A DNA stretch of 64,000 nucleotides from the NCBI RefSeq assembly GCF_030144855.1, contig NC_082714.1, positions 95,790,001 through 95,854,000 of the forward strand, read 5' to 3'. Below, piece by piece: positions 37,730-52,680 of the stretch. Position 1 is the first letter of the stretch. Each line of letters opens with the position of its first letter. This stretch comes from Hypanus sabinus (taxonomy: Eukaryota). Below the pieces are notes generated by a model. It was not told the origin of the DNA and made no database searches. It saw only the letters and a list, made by a program, of their open reading frames with translations. A program made the position numbers and the translations under genes.

Positions 37730-40160
37730 ATGAGAAAGATCAACGTCAAGTTGCTGGACGGTTCACCCCTGGGCATTGGCCAGGTCCACCTTTCCAACCA
37801 ACTCTTCCAACATGTCCTCTGAAGCAACCACAGTGAACAGCTCTCCTAACCAGTTTATTCGCCTGGACTGCCACGAGTATTTGGTCTCCCCTTTTTCATC
37901 CCGACATAATCCACGGATCGATTGGTATCTGAAAGGACTCCAAAAGTGGCCACCTGCAATCCTGTCGACATGTATGCGTCCAGCTCAAGCACCGTTCCAT
38001 GAATCCCCTACTATGTCAGCTAAAGATGTCGACCTACTTGGGATTCTGGCTCAGTATGTCGATCTTCATACGAGTGAGCCATAGACCTTCTACCAGTCAA
38101 GAGTCCTCCTTGAGGACGGATCTTTACACTCTCTGATCATGAAACGGAGGCCACGGTGGAATGCATCATAGGCATTGGCCATGGAGTTTATCTGTCTGTC
38201 AATATCGCCGGTAGGAGCAGGATTCGTTTTGCGAGCAAGAAAGATAGCAAGCTCCACCCCTGAATCGATTGTCGTCCCCGAACAGCATCACTGTGAAGAA
38301 CTGCTACTCTCTTCACCTGCTGGCGGATGCATTCCAACATCTCCAGGAGCGATTTTCCTATTTTAAAAAATTGATCTACGCAATGCTTACAATTTTGTTT
38401 GCGCGAGAGAAGGGATTGAGTGTAAGGCAGCTTTCAACACCTCTGGCCTGTATGAGTACCTGGCGATGACCTTTGGTCTGGGCAACGTCCCTGCTGTACT
38501 CCAGGCCTTAGTTTACGATGTGCCCAGGGACATCCTGAATCAGTTTGTGTTTGTATATTTAGATGACATCCTTATCCGTTCCTGCTGTCATCAGGAACAC
38601 CTCCAGCATGTCTGACAAGCTCACCGACGTCTCCCCGAATATAACCTGTACGGCAAACTCGATAAATGTGAGTTCTGTAAAGACCAGGTGTCAGTTTTGT
38701 CCTACATATATATACCCTATCCAGTGTTCAATTGGACGCTAGTTCATTTCAAGCAATTGCAGATTGGCCCAAATCATCTACAGTCAAATGGACACGGCGC
38801 CTCCTGTGGTTTGCGAACTGTTATTGCCACTTCTTCCGGAATTTCGACTCTGTCGCGGCTCCTATAATTGCTCTCAGCACAAAGTCCTCGGCAGCATTTC
38901 ACTGGACAGACGATGCCGTCCAAGCATTTTCAGATTTAAAGCAACGTTCCACCTCTATCCCAATTCTGCAATACCCAGACCCATCACAGCCTTTCATTGT
39001 CGGGATGGATGCATCCGATGGCGGCATTGCAACTGTCCTCTCTCAGCGCTCTTCTGCGGACAGCCGACTGCACCCCTGTGCCTTTCTTTCCGTTCACCTG
39101 ACTCCAGCCGAGAGGAACCGGGAACCTCGAGCTGTCAAGGAGTCCTGGGAGGAATAATAACGCTGGTTGGAGGAGGCAGAGCGTATTTTCTTCATCTGGA
39201 CAGAATAGATGGACGTCTCCTCCCTTCAGAATGCAAACTTTTGTCAATCCGGATTGGCTTTCTACTTCACACTGTTTCAGTTCGTCCTCACTTAGCATCT
39301 GGGAAGCAAGAATAACAAAGCCGACACTCTCTCCCGACAGTTCGACGGATTCGATGGCAATACCGATCCCTGAGCCCATTGCTCCTCGATCGTATATTGT
39401 TGCTTCTGTGATCTGGAGAATAGAGACGGAAGTGAGGGCTGCCCAAGAGTCGGACCCAGACTCGGGTGGGGAACTTCCCAACCGGCTGATTGTCGCTGCC
39501 GCTGTGCGTTCCGAAGTTTTGGAATGGGGTCACTCCTCCCGTCTGGATGAACATCCGGGATTTCGACGTATCCAGGAGTTTATAAAGAAACAATGTTAGT
39601 GGCCAACTATGTTTTGGTTATTTATATCTGAGTTTATATCTGTTTGTTCCCCGCCCTCCCCCACCTACGCTCGGAACAAGACGTAACGCCAGCTTCCTGT
39701 GTATCTGCAATGTCCACTGCCTGTGCCCACCAATCTTGGTCCAACCTTTCAGTGGATTTCATCACTGGTCTGCCCCTGCCAAAGCATTCACCACCGTCTT
39801 GGTCGGTGCAGATCGATTTGTCCAAGGCTGCCCATTTCATTGCCCTCCACAATCTTCCATCAAATCGTAAGACTGCCATATTCATGGTTCAACATTTGTT
39901 CAGGCTCCACGACTTCTGTCAAGACATACTGTCTGATCATTCACCATCGTTCAATTCCCGTTTTTTGCTCTCTTGAGGGACACGCGGCAGGCTTCTCATC
40001 TGGTTTCCATCCCCAATCTAATAGCCGGATTGATAGAGTGAACCAGCAGTTGAAGACGACCCCATGCTTCCCTGCCTCTTCCAACCCCACGACCGGGAGC
40101 TCCCAGATGGTTTAGGATGTGATCGCCCGCCATAATATCCAGTCGTCCTCCACCGGGATC
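37730..40160 (+). mobile_element. Ty3/Gypsy pol relic (RT, RNase H, integrase)
   Basis: SPVGAGF..KKD; [18 protein letters not shown] (about 38450-38535); PILQYPDPSQPFIVGMDASD; SVDFITGLP..AHFIAL; heavily frameshifted. Confidence 0.88.
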
Positions 40161-40169
40161 TATCTATCA

Positions 40170-41220
40170 TAGATAGGGTGTTGTGCACTAACCACATTTT
40201 ATTAGGGAGCTTAATGTAAAGGAAACCTAAGGAGAAGGTGATTATATTATGATTAAATTCATACTGCTATTTGAGAGGGAGAAGCATAACTCACATGCAT
40301 CGGCGTCGCAATGGGGTAAAGGGAATTACAGAAGCATGAGAGGGAGCTTGCCCAGGTGGATTGGAGCAGGATACCAGCGGGGATGACCAGAGCAGAGATG
40401 ACTGAAGTTTATGGGAATAGTTGACAAGGCACGGGATCCATAGGTCCCACAGAGGAATAAGTCCTCAACAGGCAGCGGGAAGCAACCTTGGCTGCAAAGT
40501 AAGTTTAATGCTAGATGAAAGCCAATGAAAGGCCACAAGAGTCAACGGGAAATTGGATGATTTGGAAGCTTTTACAGTTCAACAAAAAGCAAATAAAACA
40601 GCTATAAGAAGGGAAAAGATGAAATATGAAGTCAACCCAGCTAATAATATAAAGCAAGATAACAATTGTTTTCCAGATATATGAAGAGTGCAATGCGGGT
40701 GAGAGTTGTTGTTGGACCACTGAAAATGGTACTGCTGAGGTAATAATGGGGACAAAAAATAGCGGATGAACCTACTGGGTACTTTGCATCAGTCTTCGCA
40801 AGAATGATATCAGGAATGCAAGACGTAACATAAGAGGAGCGTTTGACAGCCCGAGGTTTTTACTTGCTAGAGTTTAGAACAATCGGCAGGGATCTTGAGA
40901 GATCTGGACAAAGAGGATGTCTCCTGTAGTGTGGTGTCTGGGACTAGAAGGCACTGCATTAAATTTGAAAGGCGTCCATTTAGAGCAGAGGTGGAAAAAA
41001 AATTCAGCCAGAAAGTGGTGAATCTATGCAGTCCATTGGCACAGACGACTGTGCAGTCTTATTTGTTTGGCTTGTTTGAAGGCGAAGGTTGATAAGTTGT
41101 TAATTAATCAGGAAGTCACAGCAGAATGGTGTTGAGAGGGATAATATATCAGCCACGTTGGAATGGCGAAGCAGATTCGATAGGCCGAATGGAATATTTC
41201 TGCTCCTCTGTCTTATGGTC
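40170..41220 (+). mobile_element. CR1 ORF2 fragment and 3' end
   Basis: NYRSMRGSLAQVDW-like segment, GHCIKFERRPFRAEV, CR1-type 3' UTR. Confidence 0.7.
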
Positions 41221-41639
41221 ACATAGATTTGCCATCGTAAAGAAAACGCAGAGGAATAAGCACGCCTTTGATTTGACCTGGAGTGACCACTGTTAGGAGC
41301 ACGCGGCCAACTTCCCATTGACTTTCTAACCTAGTCCGATTTTCCTGCATTTCGCCACTATCACGCTAAACCATAAGTGTCTTTTGAATTAAATTCCATC
41401 TGCCATTTCACCAGCTTTCATATGAAGCTTCATCAAATAACTTATCGAACTCACTTCTGAAAACAAATTTGGGGTCATATCCAGCGTACACAGATGCAAT
41501 GGATAAAACGTGTTCTGTGTTGAATATGAGAATCAGTTGTTCTGCTGCTGCCTTCTACTTTTCTCTCGGGTGAAACATAAACGGGAATATGCCACTGACG
41601 ATTGACCTTCAAGTAAATAACGTGAATCCGAGCCGCTGT

Positions 41640-42075
41640 TTCACACTGGGGTTTGGGGCGGGACTTATTGCGTAGGGTAGTGCCGTGCAATGGATGTCTC
41701 AGCCGGTTCACTGACATTCTGTCTACCTGTTCTTTTTGTGACCGAGAGGAATCTGTGTATCATGTTCGATATAGAGTCTGGGAAGTTGCAGCCTTTTCGG
41801 AGTACCTGTGGGGCTGCTCCTCAGGTTCCTATTGTACTTCAGCCCCGCGCTCCTCATACATGGTCACACGGTACGGCGGACGAAGGCCTGTCCAAGATGG
41901 CCATTCACGGGACCAACAGGGCAATCGAGGTATCGTTTCGAGCCGATTTCTGCGGCATTTCTGGGGTTGCGTTCATGCCGAAATATACCTAGAAAGGATT
42001 CATGCTGTCACAATGCGCATAGAGGCGGATTTCAAGGAACGACAGTTTACCTCAGAGAACTGAATGTTTAAAATC
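41640..42075 (+). mobile_element. Tx1/L1-clade ORF2 C-terminal fragment
   Basis: VVPCNGCLSRFTD..CSFCDREESVYHV (zinc-knuckle region) and GLLLRFLLYFSPALLIHGH. Confidence 0.65.
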
Positions 42076-45000
42076 TAATAGGAGTCGTATTTAATTTGAA
42101 ATTGTATCTTGTTTAGCAAATCCCTGGCGGTTGTTGGTATTTTGTGAGTAAGTGAACGTCTGCAGTTATTTAAATGAAACGTTCTTCGCTGTTCTGCTGG
42201 CTTTCGAAAGAAACGATTGTACACCAAAGAACTATTGGGATAGACGTAAGAGTAATAACATATTGCCTACAACATTAAGGCCGCTGTTACAAAGTTGTGG
42301 GAGCCTGTGGCTTTAAGTGATCAAGTAACACCGCCAGTCAAATGCACGCACGTGTGCCTTTAAGAGGCATTCTTCAGCATTAAATAATCGAATCATTCAA
42401 TAATCTCCTGGGTAAGGATCGGAACAAAATTCCGTCAATTGAAACATCTTCTGTTCTCCACAAAACCATACACGAGAGAACGTCAAAATTGTCTGCATTG
42501 CATAATAGTTTGAACCGATCAAAGGTGAAATAATCCAACGAGTTATTTAAAATTAGATCACGAGAACGGTACGATCCATGCAGTGAGCTGATTTAATTTG
42601 CAGAAGTGCGCAATAGGTGCCAGCAAAGCGCAAACAAGGATCTTGGTGGGGCGTGACCTGAAAAAATAAACAGCCTGATAGCAGAAAGGAAAGGAAATCA
42701 TCGTCAGATTCATGAGCAGATTGCCCAGCTCCTGAAGATCCTTACACGGGTGAAGTGAAGGAAATTCAGCCCGTCGTGTCATTTAAACTTGGATTGAAGT
42801 CTATTCAATTAATCGAACAAAGTTCACAGAAAGAACAGGAGCTTAATCGATCACCCATCGTAAGGGATTACGAAGTCTTCTCCCCTTCAATTACAGCAAG
42901 ACTTCTCTTAGTTGCCCATAGCTCATTCCTCCTCATAATCTTCACCACTCCCATGTAGCAATGTGTTCAATAATTAAATAAAGATGACAAAATGTTCTAA
43001 ATCGTCGGGTAAAAAAGAACAAAGTTCAAAAGTCAAAATAAATTTATTATCGTGGCACGTAAACTGTATGTCACCATATACTGCTGTGAGTTTCAGTTCC
43101 TTGCAGGTAGTCACAGGAACTAAGAAACACAAAAGAATCTATGAAAAAGTACAATTGCCGGAAGATCAGAAGATCAGGAAGATCATGGATCAGAGGACAT
43201 CATGAACGGCAATGTCCCAAAAAGTCTCTTTGTGACTCTATCTACTTGTTTCGCCACTTTCAAGGGATTGTGGATCTTAATTCCCTGATCACATCCTTCT
43301 ATCGCACCTCAGCGTCCCACCTTTCGCCGTGTAAGTCCTACCCTCGTTTATCCTGCTGATGTCAAACTTCTCACACTCGTCTTCATTAAAATCCATCTGA
43401 CATTTTCAACCTGAAAGAAATGTGCGCAATTGGAATTAATTCAATCTCAACATATTATTTCCGTTCAAGTTCAATTGAGGAAGTTTTTCTATGAGTTTAT
43501 TATAAAATGTTAAACAACAATAAATAATATGCAAAATTATGGAACAGAAGAAAAATATGGACTGAAATCGTCTTCGCTCAAAAGTCGACAGTTCACTCAT
43601 TTTCATAGCTACTGCTCCATCTACTGAGTTTCTCCAGCATGCTGTGTGCGTTCTTCTGGATTTGCAGATTCTGCAGAATTTCTTGTGGTGTTTACGGCCT
43701 GAAATTTGTTAAATTGGTGCAGTATCTTTCAGGTTATGAAATCTAATCACATGTTGACTAATCTAGTTTTGAACCATATCACTGTGCTTCATAGTTTCTT
43801 CCAAAGATTAGAAAGTGTTTCGATAATTTTTTTGCTGCTTCAGGAATTAGACATTTCTAACGCTGATGACATGCGGTTTTCGTCACTACCACGTGTCATT
43901 CTGAGCATGGTTCAGAACAGGAAAAAAAGTATTTTCTCGTGGTCATTTTATGTGGTCATTGCATAAAGCCCGTTCTGCATCAAAAGAAGTATGCTTCTTT
44001 TTGATAAAAATGAGTTTTATCTCCCTCATCGTATTAATACAGTATTAACTTTATTTTTCATTGCCACAGATAAATAATATATATTCGGTATCTAATATTT
44101 AAAGTGGAGGTTGATAGGTTTTTGATTAGTCAAGGCGTCAAAGGTTACGGGGAGAAGAAAGAGAATGTTGAGAGGAATTATGATTAATTCTATTATGGTT
44201 ATTCGATATATTGAGATTCCCGCCAGAAAATGAATCTAAGCGTTGCATATGACGACATATATCTACTTTGATAATAAATTTATCTTGAACTTTCATGATA
44301 CATCGGCCATGATGGAATAGTGGAGAGACCTATGTGCCGAATGGCCGATTTCTTCTACTGTATCCTATGGTCTAATGGTGTACGTTCTGAGCAAGGAGTT
44401 ACTGCGCTTGCTCCTTTCTACTACGGTCTCTTATACAAGTGTTTGTGATAAAACAAATTGTGCATTTCGCTTCATAGCAATGGCTGTGTTAATAATAATG
44501 AGTCACATGCATTCGGAAAATGTCTTTTTCCCGTCTGCATCCAGGTATTCAATGCTGGCTCGTCAGGCATATAACTTCACCAGTCAGTGAAGGAAGCAGT
44601 GGGGAGGAAAAGTTTGGCCTTTTGCAAGGAGGTGAATTGCAAAAGTGTGGCGTGCCTGTTGCATCGCTACTGGCCCGAGGTTAGACTGTCTGTTTACTGT
44701 AAATAGGTCCGTTTCTTGTATGAAATCTGAAACTGGCTCTGGAGACTGTGTTCTCTGGATGAGAGGATTCACCCGTGAGCAGCTACTGAGTGGGATGCGC
44801 CTCAGTCTCAGTAAAGACAAATGAGAGTCAAGTGCTCTGCAAGTCTGAATACTGAATGAACTAACGGAGTACAGTATAACTGATGTGAAACAGAAGACTC
44901 TGGGCTTCCCTCCTCGAGATCTGCTGATAATTAATCACTAACAAAGTTGCAATAGAGGGTCGATTGGTGCTCGGAAACTTCGAGATTACAGGGATATGAA

Positions 45001-45394
45001 AATAAAGCCAGATGGTTCTGCAGTGACCCTCAGTCACGAATTTATTGAAAAGAGGAGTGGATTTCAGAAGCCTACCGCTGTCCCGTTCGCCGTTTATGTG
45101 CCCAAGAATATAATCACTTTATGAAATTTCATAGATTGCTTCTTTCTCCATCAAGTCTTTGTGATGAAAGAAATGCTGCATTTCCTAAATAGCAATGGCT
45201 ATGTAAGAAGAATGTATATATACATTCCATGTCGTCATGTTCATGTGAAAGCCCATAGTGTGCTCCGTTTTGTTTCAAGGAATGAGAGAGACTGCGAGCG
45301 CTCGAGTCCAACCTCGGTCAGCTCTGGATTTTTCCCTGGACACGCATCTCATTCCGTCTGCCCGATAACTATTGTGATACTCAGGCACGCATGC

Positions 45395-45546
45395 NNNNNN
45401 NNNNNNNNNNNNNNNNNNNNNNNNNNNNNNNNNNNNNNNNNNNNNNNNNNNNNNNNNNNNNNNNNNNNNNNNNNNNNNNNNNNNNNNNNNNNNNNNNNNN
45501 NNNNNNNNNNNNNNNNNNNNNNNNNNNNNNNNNNNNNNNNNNNNNN
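45395..45546. other. Assembly gap (152 N)
   Basis: Run of N. Confidence 0.99.
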
Positions 45547-48409
45547 ACTTTTATGAAGTTTAAAGATCGCCAGTATATTTGAAGAAGACATTGTTTGAAA
45601 ATATGAGCATCTTAGAAATTAAACTTAAGTCTGAGACGTTGCCACTGATTCCATTGTCTCAATGGAAAACACTTCCGAAATTTTAAAATCTCCCCGCGGC
45701 TCTTTCTTTCCCTCCCCGGGACCCAGTGACCGTAGCACCTGCACCGCTTAACAAACAAGTTAGAAACAGCATCAATTTGTTTAACTGTAGCTAAGTGAAG
45801 GCTGTGTAAACACCGCCCGGTCCCCACGGGGATATGACGGAGTCCACATCTGCATCAGTGTCACTCGCAAACACAGGCTGACCGACTCTGTGAGCCATCG
45901 TCAGCGCTGGTTAATTGGACTGAGCGGTGTCTCATGGTCAGTTTGAGGGGCAACAGGCAAATGTCCGAGTTAATCACGAAGTGAGTTATGATCTCAGATC
46001 ACAGTTCCTCCAAACCTTGCTCGCGTCCCCAAAGCAGCTTCACTCAGACAAAGTCACAGAAAGGGCGGAAGGACGGCATTCAGCCCTCCAATCCGCATTC
46101 CAAACGACACATTTCGGACCCTCGGCTACAATTTCACTTTTCTGAACCTTCCCAATCTCCCCCGATTCCTCCTTTGCTCAAAAACACGCTAGTTATTTTT
46201 ATTTCAATATCCTTCTGGTAGGGGTATCAGCTAAACAGTGAATCCCAGAAATTTTCAGCCGCGTCCAAGACATACGAAAATGTAATTTCTGTCCAATGTG
46301 AGACAGCACCCACTGAAATCAGAATTCTTCTCCAATAAGCCACCCCCCGCCCCGGTGGAGGAGCGTCCTGTTTGCTATCTTTTTTGATCTGAACCAAGTT
46401 GGAATATTGTAAGCACTTTTGGGCTCCGTATCTGGCGAGAATAACCCTGGGAAGGAAAGGGTTAACGAATGAAAAGCGCTTGTATCTCTGTGCCTGCACC
46501 CTCTGCAATTTAGAAGATTGAGATGCGGGGAGTGATTGATTGGAACTTATCGAATATTGAAAAGATTAGATAAAGTGGATCTGGAGAGGGTATTTCCTGT
46601 AGTGGCCGATTTTTGAAACATGGGGGGTACAATCGCAGAATAAAACCACATCTCTTTGTAACTGAGAGGAGGAGAAATTTCTTTCGACAGACTGTAGAGA
46701 GTCTTTGAACTTCATTGCCATTGTGACTGCAGACGGAACTCACTGATATTTAGTAAGTATGTCAAAAGTCATAGAGAGATGGCAGGAGAATCGGGTTCAG
46801 AAGGAAAATGAATCAGCAATTAGTGAATGGCGGAGTAGACTCGACAAATCGAGCAACTTAATTTTGATATTATGTCTTATGGTCCTCCGGTCTCAGGTCA
46901 TCTCTCATTGTCAGTTGTAAGTTAAACAGACCTGTGCTCTCTGCGCTAACTTATGGGATTCAGCTGACAACCCAGCCCTCGGCGCCTTGGATGAAATCCC
47001 ACGCACGAACGTCAGCGCGATGCAGCTTTAGTGGACAGATTTGGATAACCGGCTCTGTGAGGCGAGAGATAAAGCGACTGGTTTTTGCTCACACTGAAGT
47101 TGGCTTGAATGTCTAGTTATTTTCAGAACATATTTAAAATATACACCAATCTATAACCTTATCAGGGTAAATTTTAAAAATTTATAATAATACCACTCCA
47201 ATATTACCATACTCCACCGAGGTCTCGTTACTGGGGCATTGGGCTGTTTACTGATTTCCTCTGCTGCGAACTACATGCACTTTGAATTTTACTTTATAAA
47301 CTTATTTGTGGTGATATTTTGTTTTCTGTGCTGTGTGTGATATATGTTTCGTGGGTGCGCAGCGGTTGGGTGGACTGTTGTTTCCTTTGACTGGGTACGT
47401 ACAGAATCAGATGACAAAAAAACTTGAAATTGAACTTGAGTTTGAAATCAGAACGAACCAACTGACTTCAGCTGGAACTGATCAAATATTGACAAAGAAA
47501 CTCGCTCTGGAAAGATTTTCTGAGACTGGTGACGATGGAAATAAAAATGGCTACTCTGCTGTTGAAATATCGCAGAGATGAATTGTGACGATGGGGAACT
47601 AAATCATTAACAACTAAACCGAGGTGTTGCTTGACGCCGGACTTTCCTCCTCTTGTGAGAGAAACTGAGCCACAGTGAAATCAGACTGGCCTGTCCAATT
47701 CTGTTTTAAACATCACTCCTCTCATCTGCGATTACACCGGTTTGTATCATGAAAGAGTCACCGTCGCTCAGCCAGTTTTAAATGATACAATATGAGACAG
47801 GAAAATGTGACCTTCACACTTACCACCGGCATTAAGCAGAGTAATATAGTGGCAATATTGATAACACTTCTCTTCCAAACCAGTTTGCTTATATCCTGAA
47901 AATCTCCGTTAACAGAACCAAACGTTAGATCACGGAACTAAAATGCCAAGAAACCTTGGAGGGGAGAAGAATCGTCAGAAATTCTATTTGCAAGATTGCA
48001 AATGTTGCATTCCTTCAGGAATTAAAGTATAGATTTCAGGCGATGTGTATTTTAACGGCACGGGGGGCAAACATAATTGCCTGAAATAATCAGAAGAGCA
48101 TTGGACCTAAAGAAAAGTGGTTTAACATTGACTGAAAGAGTTTAAACTGGAATTCAACAAATAAAAAGCTTCAATAAGCTGTTGAAGGAAATTGAAATGC
48201 TAGATGAAACGATCAGGGAGCATTAGAAGAAATGAAACATTTATGCAGAGATGCTAAGTAAAAGAAGAAAATGGGAAAGAAACAAGATCGCTTGAAGGCT
48301 CGTCCTGAGACCGTAGATAATGAAGCAATGAAAGGGCGGAGGTATAAACAAATGATTTAAGTTGCTTGAGGAATTAACTTACAGCTTTCAGAAGACTGGG
48401 GTTGGGGGT

Positions 48410-49255
48410 GTTGTGGGCAGTGTGGAGGGCTGTCAGAGGGACATCGATAGGATGCAAAACTGGACTGAGAAGGGGCAGATGGAGTTCAACCCAGAGAGTG
48501 TGAAGCGGTTTAATTTGTTAGCTCAATTATGATGGCAGAATATAGCATTAATGGTAAGACTCTTGGCAGTGTGCAAGATCAGAGGGATCGTGGGTGTCCA
48601 TAGGACATTCAAAGCTGCTGCGCAGGTTGACTCCGTGGTTAAGAAGGCATGCGGTGCTTTGGCCTTCATCAACCGTGGGACTGAGTTTAAGAGTCGACAA
48701 GTAATGCTACAGCTTGATAGGACCCTGGTCAGACCCTACTTGGCGTATTGTGCTCAGTTCTGGTCACCTCACAACAGGAAGGATGTGGAAACGATAGAAA
48801 GGGTGCAGATATGATTTGCACGGATATTTCCTGGATTGGGGAGCTTGCCCTATGCGAATAGGTTGAGTGAACTTGGACTTTTCTCCTTTGAGCGACGGAG
48901 GATGAGAGTTGACTTGATAGAGGTGTATAAGATGATGAGAAGCATTGATCGTATGGATAGTCAGAGCTTTTTTGCCAGGTCTGAAATACCTAACACGAGA
49001 GGGCACAGTTTTAAGGTGCTTGGAAATAGGTACAGAGGCAAGTTTTTTACGCAGAGATTGGTGAGTACATGGAATGGACTGCCGGTAACGGTGGTGGCAG
49101 CAGATACAATACGGTCTTTTAAGAGATTCCTGGATAGTTGCATGGATCTTAGAAAATAGAGGGCTACAGGTAACCCTGGGTAATTTCTAAAGTAAGTACA
49201 TATTCGGCACAGCATTGTGGGCCAAATGGCCTGCATTGTGCTGTAGGTTCTATGG
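48410..49255 (+). mobile_element. CR1 3' fragment (copy-B specific)
   Basis: VKKACGALAFINRG..LVRPYLAYCAQFWSP..TRGHSFKV; tail ending TTCTATG. Confidence 0.87.
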
Positions 49256-50319
49256 TGTATATTTTATTAATACAGTAGGCCAGCAAAACTGTCTGAAATT
49301 ATAAGAAGTGTACTGAATTGTATTGATTTTCTTACATACCTTCTTGATATACATGAGGAGTAAAGATCTTTAGGTTATGCGGACAAAGGGAAACTATTTT
49401 AACATTGATGGAAGGAGTAGAAACTGCAAATCAGTAAAAAAAATCAATAAACTGATGAAGGAAAGAAAAATGTCAGATGAGACGAGCAGGAGGCATTAGA
49501 GGAAATACAAAACGTTTACTCAGCTAAGTTAAATAAAATCGGAAATCTGGAAATGAACGTAGATCGCTTGAAGGCTCGTCCTGAGACCATAGATACTGAG
49601 GCTATGACATGGTGGAGAAGTAAACAAGTGATTTGAGTTTGCTTGTATGGAAACAAGACAAAGGAAACCGTCCAGAAACGTTCAACAGCAGAGTAGTAAC
49701 ATACTGGGGAAAAAGTAGAAATGCTGTTTTTTAAATAGAAATATCTGGCACTGAAAAACAATAAATCACTGTGAGCTAATGACGTTCTGCACAAATTTCT
49801 GTAAGTGAGATGGCACAGGAAACACATGTCTGTCCTGCAAATTTTAAATGTTTCCACAAATATTTTCACCCTTTAAGACAGGGAGTAGAGAGTGGGCGAT
49901 ATAAAGATGAAGAGAAAGGTGGGGCGGGCAGTGTGCGAAAGAGTGAAAGAGAGTTTACCTCAGTACTATGGATGAAATCAATATGTTTATCAATACTGGA
50001 GTGCTGACATGGCAGCTCGGGAAGTGAAATGTAAATTAACAAACTCTGCTCTAGGCTGCTCTCAGAAAACTGTTTGGTTCCTAATATACACAATAAAATG
50101 TTGGAACCAGAAGGTATGGTGTATAAGCAGATGGATTTGTTGGATTTCAATGAATATGTAACAGTAGAAGCAGTATTGTGTTCTTCTTACTGTTATATCA
50201 GACGATAAGAAGTAGGAATAGATTAGGACAATCGTCCCAACAAGTCTTCTCCGTCACTCCATCATTTCTCAATCACAATATCCTGCCTTCTCTCTGTAAC
50301 CTTGAACTATCAAGGACTT

Positions 50320-50591
50320 GCAAAACACACAAAATGCTGGTGGAACGCAGCAGGCCAGGCAGAATCTATAGGAAGAAGTACAATCGACGTTTCGGGCCGA
50401 GACCCTTCGTCAGGACTAACTGAAAGAAAAGAATTTAAGAGATGTGAATGTGGTTGGGGGAGGGGGAGATTCAAATGATAAGAGAAGGCAAGAGGGAGCT
50501 GGAAAGTAGATTGGCAAAAGGGATACAGAGCTGGAGAAGGGAAAGGATGAGGAGACCGGAGGCCTAGGGAGAAAGAAAGGGGGACGGGTGC
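50320..50591 (-). mobile_element. Penelope-like terminal-repeat insertion (copy-B specific)
   Basis: Reverse complement matches 37150-37470; flanked by AGGACTT (50313-50319) and ATGACTT (50592-50598); empty site ATGACTT at 24101-24107. Confidence 0.85.
50381..50419 (-). ncRNA. Minimal type I hammerhead ribozyme motif, core intact
   Basis: Minus strand TAGTC-CTGACGA-A-GGGTCTCGGCCC-GAAAC-GTC-GATTG: conserved core, 4-bp helix II, 5-bp helix I with two G-U pairs. Confidence 0.8.
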
Positions 50592-50695
50592 ATGACTTAT
50601 CAATCTCAACCTTCAATGCAGCCACGGATTCGGCCTCCATGTCCCTATATGGCTACAATATCCTCCTATTCAGTACTCTCTGGCTGGTTTAGATA

Positions 50696-52163
<1,468 letters not shown>

Positions 52164-52465
52164 TACATAGATATACATCCACAATGACTATATATCTAAC
52201 CGGCGTCTCAATCAAACGTCACACATCGAAATAAGTGTTCGTGCATTCAGAACTGAAATAGTCAGAACAAAACATGTGTTCACAATGTTATGAAGGACGG
52301 AGGAGAGGCGAGTAGCGAATTGTACGAATGTATTTAAATACTTATCGCTCCCAGAAACAAACACGGGTGAAAGCAGGTTAAGGAAAATGATTATAGCCGT
52401 GGCCAAGTGAACTCAGCTAAAGAGAATCTACTACTTGTCAATAAACTGATAAGTAAGAACACTCA

Positions 52466-52473
52466 CAGGGAGC

Positions 52474-52507
<34 letters not shown>

Positions 52508-52680
52508 GGAAGAGCGAGAGAGAGAGAGAGACAGATAGACAGAGTAAGAGAGAGGCAGACAGAGAGTTAGAAAACGAAAGAGAAAAACAGAGGAGAGTAA
52601 GAGAGAGAGGAGGGCTGACAAAGAGAGGGGTTGGGTAGAGAGGAAAGAGGAGTGCGGAAGATCGAGTAGGACGAGATAGA
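52466..52680. repeat. Degenerate (AG)/(AGAC) simple repeat
   Basis: Direct. Confidence 0.85.

Noticed and set aside
47671-47710. RSS heptamer CACAGTG (also at 121 and elsewhere)
   Set aside because: No ACAAAAACC-like nonamer at 12 or 23 nt and no adjacent V or J segment.
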